Assembly: GCA_035542895.1 (NCBI GenBank)
Contig: DATKKN010000005.1
Location: forward strand, 1 to 48,461
Length of the DNA stretch: 48,461 nt
Direction of reading: 5' to 3'
Source: Methanomicrobiales archaeon
GTDB lineage: Archaea > Halobacteriota > Methanomicrobia > Methanomicrobiales > JACTUA01
Shown here: in pieces, positions 18,463 to 27,102 of the stretch
How positions within the stretch are numbered: the first letter of the stretch is position 1
Layout: the number at the start of each line of letters is the position of its first letter
Notes under the pieces: model-generated
The model's input: the letters and a program-made list of their open reading frames with translations, nothing else
What the model was told of the DNA's origin: nothing
The model's database searches: none
Translations under genes and position numbers: made by a program

Positions 18463-21400
18463 TCAAAGAATCGAGGTGACGAGCCAGACCACGATTCCCG
18501 CGGTGAAAACGCCCGTGCCCTTGATGAGGATGCCGATCAGGTCATCGAAGTCGCTCCTGCTCCCGAACCTCCGGATCACCTGGGTGGTCGTCACCGTCCC
18601 CCCGAACACGAGAACCGAGTGAAGACCGAGCGGCGGGAGGGATTCCGCCGGCAGGCTGGGAGGCTGCCTGCGGGTTTTCTGGGAACCATCACCTGGAATC
18701 CCTGTTCCCGTGCCCGAATTTACCAGGCCTCTTGATGAGGACGGGGCAGGGGATTGGTCGCCTGAACCCGGAGAGGTGGTCCGTTCATTCCCCTTCTGAC
18801 CGGAGGGGTGCCGGGATGTATCCTGGAGCCGGGAGTCCTTTGGCCCGGATCTCTGGGATATCCCGTCAGGTGGCCCCGTATCCGGTGCGCCCGGTGGGGA
18901 GGGTGACCGGGACGAGGGAGGGGAAACGGTCTGGGCCGGCTGGGGCACAGGCGCCTGGGTCACGGGAAGCGTCGGGACCTGGGTGGCCGTCGGGGTGGGG
19001 GTCGGGCTCTCCGTCGGGGACGTCGCCGCCTCCACGGTGATGAGGACGGTCTCGGTGTCGGTCAGCGCGCCGTCTGATATGGAGAAGGTCACCGGGTACG
19101 TCCCGACCTGCGCTGCGGTGGGTGTCCAGGAGAAGGTCCCGGTATCGGCCGACAGGAATGCTCCCTGGGGCATGTTGCCCGCCGAGCAGGTGAGGGGATC
19201 GTCATCCGGGTCGGTCGCCGAAAGGCTGAAGGTCAGGGTCGAACCCGCCTGCACCGACCTGGGCCCGAGGTGCGGGTGGGTGGGGGGCAGGTTGACATTG
19301 TTCACCGTGATGGTGACCAGTTCGCTGTCGGCCAGCTGGCCGTCGGACACGGAGAAGCTGACCTGGTATGTCCCCGCCCGGTGGTAATCCGGGGTCCAGG
19401 AGAAACTCCGGGATCCCGCGCTGAAGCTCGCCCCCGGGGGGAGGGAGGTTGCGACATACGCGAGGGTGTCCCCGTCCGGATCCGATGCCGAAACGGCGAA
19501 AACAAGAGCCTGTCCCTCGTTCACGCTCTTCGCACCGATGGCCGCGAGGACCGGCGCCCGGTCGGGTGAAGGCGTCGGGGTTGACGTGGGCGTGATGCAC
19601 GAGCCTATGCAGATCACGGGAGGCTGGGTCGGGGAGGGTGACTGGGTTGTGGTCGGCGCGGGAGCCGGAGTAGGTGTCGGGGTGGTCGTGGCCGTCGGGG
19701 TCGGCGTGGGAGTCGGAGTAGATGTCGGGGTGGTCGTGGCCGTCGGGACCGGCGCGGGGGTTGCCACGGCCTTCGTCATGATGAAGGCGCCCCACTTGGT
19801 TCCGGCATACACGTAGCTCGAGTCCACGTACAGGCCGTAATAGGGATCCTCCGAGTAATAGGGAAGGGCAACCGCGTCGACCTGGCGGATGGCGGAGGGG
19901 TTCGATATGTCAAAGGCCCTGACAGGGTTCGCACCATACCCGGCGGCATACACGATGTTCCCGTCCGCCCTGAGGGCATAGGCCGACCATCCCGAGAGCG
20001 ACAGGGTGCCGAGCAACCTGGGATTCCGGGGATCGGTCAGGTCGAGGGTGACGATGCTGTTCCCCTTCGTGGCGACCGCGGTATTGCCAACGACATCGAC
20101 ACCCGTGAAGCCGGACCCGCCCTGGTAGTTGGCGAGGAGGGTCGGGCTGGTCTTCACGCTGACATCGAGGATATGGAGCCCCCCGCTCCCGTACTCGTCG
20201 GCGACGAGGAGGACCGCTGCCCCGTACTTCGCAAACTTCCCCTTCATGTACGACGAGGTCGAGACCAGTTTCGGGGAGGACCTCTGGGTGACATCGACGA
20301 TACCCCCGGTGAAGAGGGAGTTACTCCCCCCGGTATAGACGTAATTGCCGTCCCCGAGGGCATACATGAGGTCGTTCCCGAAGTCGGTGACCACCCTCGC
20401 CGGGGCCGCCGGACTGGTGATGTCAAAGATGCATAATCCGTCCCAGTCGGCGGCCGCGTAGAGGTTGCTGCCCTGGATGCTCAGGTCGTAATTCCGGCCG
20501 CCGTCGGACACGAAGGCTACCTCCGTCGGGCTGGAGGGGATCTTCAGGTCGATGACCCAGATGCCCTCGTTATGCCCGCCGAGGTACAGGTACTGGCCGT
20601 TCGAGATGAGGGAGTCGACGCCCCCGATGGAGAGGACATGCGCCTTTTGGGCCGGTGACGTCACCTTCGTCGTGTCCCAGATCCCAAAGCCCATTGACTC
20701 CATGGCAAGGAAGGTGTATGTCGGTGTCGGGAATACCCCCTCGGTGTAGCCGCTGATGCCCGTCCCGGTGCCCACGAGGGTCATGGTCGTCGGCGTTGAG
20801 ATGTCGTAGATCCGGAATCCCTCGTACCGGGTCGAGACATAAGCATAGCTGCCCGAGATCCTGATGTCGTTCGCGTTGATGCCCGAGATGGAGGAGACGA
20901 GGGTCGGGCTCGCGGGATTCGAGACATCGATGACCGAGGCCCCGCTGTAGTACGAGGTGACGTACGCGTACGTTCCCCTGACGGCGACACCCGAGAAACC
21001 CTGGCTGCCCCCTGTATAGGTTCCTTTCAGGACCGGGGCCGCGGGATCCGTGATATCAAAGATATCCAGCCGGGAGCTCACCCCCCCGTACGGGTTACCC
21101 GAGGTGACATAGAGGTAGTTCCCGCTGATCGTCGAACGCCAGGGATATTTCGTACCGCTGGAAAGGGTCTTCACCACCTGGGGGCTCGACTTGCTGGAGA
21201 CGTCCACGACCCTGAGACCCACGCCGTAGACTGAAAGGTACGCGTAGTTCCCGCTCACGGCAATACCCCTGCTGCTGTCGGATCCCCCGTTGGGGATCAC
21301 CGAGAGGATAACGGGATGCAGGGGGTCAGAGATATCCGCGATGGCCAGGTGGAACTCGTCATCGATGTAGAGGTAGGTGCCATCGATGGCCAGCCTGCGG

Positions 21401-21714
21401 ATCGCATCACCCTGGTAGAACCGGGAGCCGTATGCGGACCAGCTCAGTGCCGAGACCTTTGCAGGAGTTGATACATCATAGACCCTGACTTCCCCCCCCT
21501 GCGCTGCATAGGCATACCCGTTCGCGCTCACGATATCGAAGCAGGGCCCGTTGGCAACTCTCCCTACCAGCTGCATGGCCCCCAGACTGCCACCGGGGAT
21601 CCCGATGGCAAGGACCAGCACGATGATGAGTTTCAGATGGAGAGATGTTATCCGCACACGCTCACCTCCACGGTATGGTTCAGATCCAGCTTGCCCGTTT
21701 TCGCTTATAAACAT
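18463..21714 (-). CDS. LVIVD-repeat beta-propeller protein with two cadherin-like/Ig-like domains, a long disordered tail and a C-terminal TM helix
   Basis: Signal/anchor 'LHLKLIIVLVLAIGIPGGSLGA'; start at ATG 21714 or GTG 21657. The propeller is paralogous to 10616..12676. Thr/Pro linkers are present. There are two repeats of the type 'P.L..IG...V.EG..L.F.VSASDPDGD.L...A..LP.GASFS...F.WTP...Q.GTY.V.F.VSDG'. The last residues, 'GTGVFTAGIVVWLVTSIL', are hydrophobic. Confidence 0.85.
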   Translation of the reverse strand: MFISENGQAGSEPYRGGERVRITSLHLKLIIVLVLAIGIPGGSLGAMQLVGRVANGPCFDIVSANGYAYAAQGGEVRVYDVSTPAKVSALSWSAYGSRFYQGDAIRRLAIDGTYLYIDDEFHLAIADISDPLHPVILSVIPNGGSDSSRGIAVSGNYAYLSVYGVGLRVVDVSSKSSPQVVKTLSSGTKYPWRSTISGNYLYVTSGNPYGGVSSRLDIFDITDPAAPVLKGTYTGGSQGFSGVAVRGTYAYVTSYYSGASVIDVSNPASPTLVSSISGINANDIRISGSYAYVSTRYEGFRIYDISTPTTMTLVGTGTGISGYTEGVFPTPTYTFLAMESMGFGIWDTTKVTSPAQKAHVLSIGGVDSLISNGQYLYLGGHNEGIWVIDLKIPSSPTEVAFVSDGGRNYDLSIQGSNLYAAADWDGLCIFDITSPAAPARVVTDFGNDLMYALGDGNYVYTGGSNSLFTGGIVDVTQRSSPKLVSTSSYMKGKFAKYGAAVLLVADEYGSGGLHILDVSVKTSPTLLANYQGGSGFTGVDVVGNTAVATKGNSIVTLDLTDPRNPRLLGTLSLSGWSAYALRADGNIVYAAGYGANPVRAFDISNPSAIRQVDAVALPYYSEDPYYGLYVDSSYVYAGTKWGAFIMTKAVATPAPVPTATTTPTSTPTPTPTPTATTTPTPTPAPAPTTTQSPSPTQPPVICIGSCITPTSTPTPSPDRAPVLAAIGAKSVNEGQALVFAVSASDPDGDTLAYVATSLPPGASFSAGSRSFSWTPDYHRAGTYQVSFSVSDGQLADSELVTITVNNVNLPPTHPHLGPRSVQAGSTLTFSLSATDPDDDPLTCSAGNMPQGAFLSADTGTFSWTPTAAQVGTYPVTFSISDGALTDTETVLITVEAATSPTESPTPTPTATQVPTLPVTQAPVPQPAQTVSPPSSRSPSPPGAPDTGPPDGISQRSGPKDSRLQDTSRHPSGQKGNERTTSPGSGDQSPAPSSSRGLVNSGTGTGIPGDGSQKTRRQPPSLPAESLPPLGLHSVLVFGGTVTTTQVIRRFGSRSDFDDLIGILIKGTGVFTAGIVVWLVTSIL

Positions 21715-22059
21715 ATCTTTTCATTAATCGAAATAAAAGTCACGTTTCGGGCGTGGATTACATGAAGGCCATTTATTTCTTATTTATTTCATTTAAAGAA
21801 CGTTATATAAAAAACGAACAATTATATATAACATGGTGAGAATGTTCGGGAGATGAAATCTTTTCCATTAAAATTCCGCGGGTATCCTTGAGATAACATG
21901 CCTGCGTTTCCCTGAAAGACCCGCAATCCGGGATGCCATCCCCAAACAGGCCGGCTGATCCTGCCCGCCCTTTCCGGTCATGATGAGAATACTGATACAT
22001 TTAATATATCCGAAAAATGAGTACGGTTTGAAGCTCCGGACCGGAGCCCTTGAACCGAG

Positions 22060-22590
22060 TTGGTGGTCTGTACGGTCGACGAACCCGAACCCTGCCAGTT
22101 TGTTGAGGACGAAGTTGCCTCGTTCGCTGAACTGGACAAGCGCACCGACCCGGTCCGGATCTGCTGGAGATGGCTGAAGCATCACGGCACGTTTCTGAGA
22201 TACCGGTACTCGGCCATTGATTCGCTGCTCCGCGGGATTCCGGCCGGTAAACCGGCGTCAGCAGGGCATAAGGGGATCGGAACCAAAGACTTAAACCTGA
22301 ACCCCGGGGAACTGGTCGAGGTCAGGTCCGAGGAGGAAATCCGGTCAACCCTTGACCGGAGGAACCGGTACCGGGGCCTTATCTTCATGCCCGCGATGTG
22401 GCAGTTCTGCGGGAAGCGCTTCAGGGTCTACAAGAAGGTGGTCGACATCAAGCTCGAGACCACGGGCCACATGAGAAGGATCATGTCCCCGACCGTCTTT
22501 CTCGAGGGGGTTACCTGTAACCGGTGCGATCGCGAATGTTACTGCTTCTGGAAGGAGGCATGGCTGAAGAGGGTGCCCGACCAGGCATGA
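22060..22590 (+). CDS. Conserved hypothetical protein with a C-terminal Cys cluster
   Basis: Coding-like GC3 usage. 'LNPGELVEVRSEEEIRSTLDRRNRYRGLIFMPAMWQFCGKRFRVYKKV...FLEGVTCNRCDRECYCFWKEAWLKRV' looks like a conserved small domain that I cannot name. Only TTG 22060 or GTG 22063 are available as starts. Confidence 0.5.
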   Translation: MVVCTVDEPEPCQFVEDEVASFAELDKRTDPVRICWRWLKHHGTFLRYRYSAIDSLLRGIPAGKPASAGHKGIGTKDLNLNPGELVEVRSEEEIRSTLDRRNRYRGLIFMPAMWQFCGKRFRVYKKVVDIKLETTGHMRRIMSPTVFLEGVTCNRCDRECYCFWKEAWLKRVPDQA

Positions 22591-22681
22591 TGGTCCAGGA
22601 AACCCTGGTCATGGATACCTGCACCTTTGCCCGGAGCACCGGGTAACTCTGTTTACCTGAAAAGTCCCGATCTTCCCCCCC

Positions 22682-23737
22682 TCAAACCAGGGACCCGATC
22701 CTCTCGGACAGGGGTTTCACGATACCCATGTATCCCCTCATCGCGCAGCTCCCGAGGAAACCTGCCTTGCGCGATACGTACCGGGTGCGCAGGTCCAGGT
22801 TCGGGATCTTGGCCGAGTAGTACCGGGAGAGGCGCTGGTTTCCGGCGGCGCCCAGGATCGAATACCAGGTGTAGCCCCGCGCGGCGGCATCCTTCAGGGT
22901 CTCCCAGTTCAGGAGCTCATTGGGCGACGGCGAGATGGCCTGGGACGGCTTCGGGTTCCCAATCCAGCTGGTCATCTCGTCCCGCGTGAGCTCCAGTTCA
23001 ATGGAGCCGGTCACGATCCTCCCCCCGTACTCGACCGCGAAGACCTTGATGCTCTCGGGGAATTCCCGGAGGAGCTCGGTCAGATACGGTTCCGGGACGT
23101 TGACCGACTTGCCCTGTTCCCGGTATCTCTGGACGAGGAGGTCGTATATAGCCCTGAGCTCCTGGACCCCCCCGGTCCGGATGGACATCCCTATCTTGAG
23201 GGCCTTCCTGAGATCGGTCCGCTGGGTTCCCCGGAGGTCCTTCCACAGCTGGTCCGGGCCTTCCCGGATGTCTGCGATATAATCGAACATGGTATCGTTG
23301 GTATATCCCATCCACCTGAAGGTACGGACATCGATCATGGAGGGAGAATGGGCTATCAGGCTGTAATCGGGGCGCAGGGCCGTGGTGATATACTCCATGG
23401 CCACCCTCTGCATTTCCATCCGGTTCTGCTCCCTCCTCGAGGATTTCTGCCGTGTCCCTGCCCCGAGGACCGGCCCGAGGAACCTGATGGCCAGGCGCGG
23501 CGGGGGCGAGAACAGCAGCCTCATGAGGGGGACCGTCCTGAGAAAGACCGGGAAGATCCCGGTCATTTCCTCCCCCTCGGTGGAGACGAGCGGAAACAAA
23601 CGGGCGCCGCCGGCGTACTTCTCGGCGATCCTCAGCCACTTCCACCGGTGGAAGACCGTCCCGTCGGGTGAGTTCGCGTTCAGGTCATCCCATTCCCCGG
23701 CATCCGACTCCGTTGCAAGGGCGATTCTAGCTCCCAT
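22682..23737 (-). CDS. FemAB-like GNAT-fold acyl/aminoacyl transferase (paralog 2); last gene of the 5-gene operon
   Basis: 'SPDGTVFHRWKWLRIAEKY', 'LVQRYREQGK' and 'IKVFAVEYGGRIVTGSIEL' parallel the protein at 9331..10344. Its start overlaps the upstream gene by 11 nt. Confidence 0.7.
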   Translation of the reverse strand: MGARIALATESDAGEWDDLNANSPDGTVFHRWKWLRIAEKYAGGARLFPLVSTEGEEMTGIFPVFLRTVPLMRLLFSPPPRLAIRFLGPVLGAGTRQKSSRREQNRMEMQRVAMEYITTALRPDYSLIAHSPSMIDVRTFRWMGYTNDTMFDYIADIREGPDQLWKDLRGTQRTDLRKALKIGMSIRTGGVQELRAIYDLLVQRYREQGKSVNVPEPYLTELLREFPESIKVFAVEYGGRIVTGSIELELTRDEMTSWIGNPKPSQAISPSPNELLNWETLKDAAARGYTWYSILGAAGNQRLSRYYSAKIPNLDLRTRYVSRKAGFLGSCAMRGYMGIVKPLSERIGSLV

Positions 23738-25379
23738 GGTATCCCCCGGAAAAGACGATGGTCATTTCCATAGCCCGGTCACCGCCGGCCGGTTGCACGT
23801 CGATGGTGCCCGGGCTCCGGGCAACGGGGCTCCCGCCCAGGACCTCCTTCAGCTCCATCCCTTCCGGGACATGGATCCGGACCGGCTGAAGGGCACCCCG
23901 GATCATCCGGATCCCGAGCCGGTCTCCCTCGAGGTGGCACTCGGTCCTCGCCCCGTTCCTCGCCACCCACCAGCGGGCGATATCCCTCGCGCTCGCGATC
24001 CAGGCGTTCTCCTTCCCCGCGCGCGAGAGGATCTGCCGGTACGCATCGCCCCAGCCCGGGTATTCGTGGGGGTTGAACACGGCATGGTGCCAGAGGAGGG
24101 TCAGGACACCCCCGCACCCCCGCACCGTCCCTGCAATCTTCACCCACTCCTCCTGCCAGCGGGGATTCCTGAGAAGGGCGATATCCTCGATGACGAGAGG
24201 CAGCTCGAGCAGGTTCAATGCCCGCCCTTCGGCAGGAAGGAACGGGGAGAAGGGAAAGCAGGTTCCCCACCGGAACCCGATCCGGTCATTGAACCCGAGG
24301 GTCGTGTCGCAGAGGAGTCCCAGCCCCTCGTGATGGAGCCAGGTCTCGGGGATCCTGAGGTTCAGGTTATGCTGCCTCGTGGTGTACACCGGCTCGCCGA
24401 GGACCTTCTCGAGGGATTTCTTCTCTCCCTCGAGGGTCGGGAGGTCATCATAGGAATTGAACGAGCCATGGAGGCCGACGTCCCATCCCGATGCGGAGAG
24501 CCTCCGGATCAGGCTGCTCAGCTTCGGATCGTCCCACCGGTACCGCCTGCCGAGGTGCCTCCACGAGGAGCTCTCCAGGGGCCGCACCCTCGCGGTTTCA
24601 TGGAGGAAGAAGAGGGATGACCGTGCCCCCAGCCCGTCCTCGAGAGACATAAGGTCATCAAAGGCCCAGTACGGCTCCTTCCCGGAGAGCCGGTCGAGGA
24701 GAGAGAGCCCCTGGAAATACAGCCCCCGGACATCCCCCCGGGCGGCGAGCTTGAGCGGGGTGGTGATCCACTGGTAGGTCTTCTTCACCTCGTCGACGTC
24801 ATGGGTGAGGCAGACCGCGAACGCCCTGCCCTGCGGCCAGAACGGCAGGGACACGAGGGGGACACGGAGTTTCCCGTACCCCGCAAGGATCAACCTGAAG
24901 AGGAGATCCTCGAGGAGATCCGCGACCGGAAGCGACGCCATGCCGCGCTTCAGCCCCTCGTCAGGGCCTTTCCAGACCGGTTCCAGCCGGCCGGAGAGAA
25001 GGGCCCCGATCTCGCCGAAGGGATCGAACCCGATGGAGATCCCGGCCCCGGTTCCGGTGATGCACGGGAACCGGTCCCCGTTCCCGCCCTCCCACCAGCC
25101 CAGGATCCTCCCGTCGTCCCCGGAATCAGAGGGTGGTGCGAACAGCGGGATCTTCCCTTCGCTGACCCTGAGGTATCCTGGAATCCCCGGAGCCCCGTCC
25201 CCGGGATGGTCCTGCGCGGCCCTGATGGTGAACCCGGAGTCCGGATCCCCCCCGCACTTCAGGGTGACCCCGGAGTGGCCCGAGGGATCGCTCTTCACCG
25301 ATAACCCGTACTTCCCGAAGAAGTGGCGCAGGCCGAATCCGGTCCGGGCGTCCCCCGACGGGTAAAGGCAGGTGAGCAC
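23727..25379 (-). CDS. Polysaccharide deacetylase (NodB/CE4-like) with an N-terminal domain of about 180 aa of unknown function
   Basis: 'FAVCLTHDVDEV' is an Asp-Asp type motif 1, and 'WDVGLHGSFNSY' is the metal-His motif. The GTG start at 25379 lies 3 nt after the stop of the upstream gene. Confidence 0.7.
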   Translation of the reverse strand: MLTCLYPSGDARTGFGLRHFFGKYGLSVKSDPSGHSGVTLKCGGDPDSGFTIRAAQDHPGDGAPGIPGYLRVSEGKIPLFAPPSDSGDDGRILGWWEGGNGDRFPCITGTGAGISIGFDPFGEIGALLSGRLEPVWKGPDEGLKRGMASLPVADLLEDLLFRLILAGYGKLRVPLVSLPFWPQGRAFAVCLTHDVDEVKKTYQWITTPLKLAARGDVRGLYFQGLSLLDRLSGKEPYWAFDDLMSLEDGLGARSSLFFLHETARVRPLESSSWRHLGRRYRWDDPKLSSLIRRLSASGWDVGLHGSFNSYDDLPTLEGEKKSLEKVLGEPVYTTRQHNLNLRIPETWLHHEGLGLLCDTTLGFNDRIGFRWGTCFPFSPFLPAEGRALNLLELPLVIEDIALLRNPRWQEEWVKIAGTVRGCGGVLTLLWHHAVFNPHEYPGWGDAYRQILSRAGKENAWIASARDIARWWVARNGARTECHLEGDRLGIRMIRGALQPVRIHVPEGMELKEVLGGSPVARSPGTIDVQPAGGDRAMEMTIVFSGGYHGS

Positions 25380-25382
25380 CCT

Positions 25383-26477
25383 TCAAACCCCTCCATTCCC
25401 GGTCTCGCCACGGAGGCTTCCGGGGTAATTCTCGATGAACCGCGTCATCCAGGAGGTGACATCGATCTTCTCCGCAAGGAGCCTTTCCCTCCTTGCGAGC
25501 CAGGTCTCCCTCGAGCCCTCTTCCCCGAGGATCGCGAGGGCCTTTGCAAAGGCCTCTTCCTGGGTCGAAAAGAAATAGAGGAGCTGGTACCGGTCCCGCA
25601 GTTCCAGGAAGTTCCCGCTCCCGGCGCCCGTCGCCTCTCCCGACCGGGTCGCCTCGATGTGGATGGCGGGGGTCCCGAGGACCGCGGCCTCGGCCGCCAT
25701 CGTCCCGCCCTCGCCGATATAGAGCCGCGCGAAGGCGAGGAGGGAATGGATCTGTTCCGGGGAAATCCGGATCCGGTATTTCTCGAGGTCGGGGTGGAGC
25801 GGCCGTTCCGAGGAGATGAGCACCTTCCCGAAACGCTCGAGGGACCGGACGAACTCCAGCTCCGATCCCGTCCTGATTCCCCTGAGGGAGGTGTCATGGA
25901 TCGCGCCCCAGGAGATGAACCTGAGAACGACGTATTCACCGGGGGAGAGGCCCATCCCGCCGAGGGATGAGGGGTCGGGGGTGAAATGACGGGGGTGCAG
26001 GTAGGCGAGTTCCTTGTACCCGCGGTACGTGACATGCTTCCCCGGGTCGACGGGCTCCCGGAAGCACGACGGGGTGACGATGGTGGTTGCAAACGGAAAG
26101 GTGAGCAGGCTCGCCACCCGCACTCCCTCGGTATCCGTGAAGATGACCGAGGGTTTCCTCATCAGTGCGGCCACGTGGGCGATGTAGGGATTATGGATCC
26201 CGATCAGGATGTCCGGGTTAAACCCCCTCGCGATCCCCCAGAGTTTTGCATCAATCTGGAAGAGGGAGAATGCCTTTTTCAGGACGCTTTTCTGGATGGC
26301 CCCCCGGTTGATGTACGGGAGCCCGTACTTATCGAGAAGGGCGAGGGTGACCTCCTTGTCCCGGGCCGTGATGAGGATCTCGTGCCCCCGGGATTGCATC
26401 TCCCCGATGAAACCCCTGAAGAAATGCACATGCGCCGGGTGGGCGACATCCACGAGCAGTTTCACGGGCTCACGCAC
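25383..26477 (-). CDS. DUF354-family protein (GT-B / UDP-GlcNAc 2-epimerase-like fold; putative glycosyltransferase)
   Basis: 'LLVDVAHPAHVHFFRGFIGEMQSRGHEILITARDKEVTLALLDKYGLPY' is the characteristic DUF354 N-terminus. About 364 aa. Overlaps the upstream PIG-L gene by 8 nt. Confidence 0.75.
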   Translation of the reverse strand: MREPVKLLVDVAHPAHVHFFRGFIGEMQSRGHEILITARDKEVTLALLDKYGLPYINRGAIQKSVLKKAFSLFQIDAKLWGIARGFNPDILIGIHNPYIAHVAALMRKPSVIFTDTEGVRVASLLTFPFATTIVTPSCFREPVDPGKHVTYRGYKELAYLHPRHFTPDPSSLGGMGLSPGEYVVLRFISWGAIHDTSLRGIRTGSELEFVRSLERFGKVLISSERPLHPDLEKYRIRISPEQIHSLLAFARLYIGEGGTMAAEAAVLGTPAIHIEATRSGEATGAGSGNFLELRDRYQLLYFFSTQEEAFAKALAILGEEGSRETWLARRERLLAEKIDVTSWMTRFIENYPGSLRGETGNGGV

Positions 26478-27102
26478 CCAGCCTCATCACCCATTTGATG
26501 ACCTCGAAGGCCTCGGCATACTTCTCCTCGATCTGGACGCCCCGGGTCAGGGCAAGGCCCCGGATGAAGTCGCTGCTCAGGTAGGCGCGGTACCTCTGGG
26601 TCCGGTAACATTTCAGCGCGTCGATCTTCTTCTGCACCTGGTGCTCCTTCAGGGAGATGAAGGCAAGGGTATGAAAGGTAATGTTGTTCCAGGGCTGTTC
26701 GTACCCGAGGATGGTGCACTGCTTGAAGGCCCGGAGGGTCTCCTCCCTGGTCGTTTTATGGTCCTGGTGGGTATCGTACGAGGAGGGCGTGAAGACGATT
26801 TCGGGCTGGATCTGCGAGCGGAGGGAGATGAGCGTGTCGAGGATCGACTGCCTGAGCCTCGGGAACTCCCGGACCTCGTACTCGAAGAGGATCGGCTCGG
26901 TGATCCCGAGGATCCTCGTTGCCTCCCTGACCTCCCTTTTCAGGATATCGCAGGGATACTCGGGCGGTATCGATTTCTCGCACGAGGACAGGGCCACGTA
27001 CGAGACCTCGTCCCCCTCCTCGATGAACCGGGCCACCGAGGCGCCGCAGCCGAGTTCGCCGTCGTCGGTATGGGGACTGATGACCAGGATTTTACGCGCC
27101 AT
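26470..27102 (-). CDS. PIG-L / LmbE-family N-acetylglucosaminyl de-N-acetylase
   Basis: Zinc-site motifs 'ISPHTDDGELGCG' and 'YDTHQDHK'. 210 aa. Overlaps the upstream gene by 11 nt. Confidence 0.85.
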   Translation of the reverse strand: MARKILVISPHTDDGELGCGASVARFIEEGDEVSYVALSSCEKSIPPEYPCDILKREVREATRILGITEPILFEYEVREFPRLRQSILDTLISLRSQIQPEIVFTPSSYDTHQDHKTTREETLRAFKQCTILGYEQPWNNITFHTLAFISLKEHQVQKKIDALKCYRTQRYRAYLSSDFIRGLALTRGVQIEEKYAEAFEVIKWVMRLGA

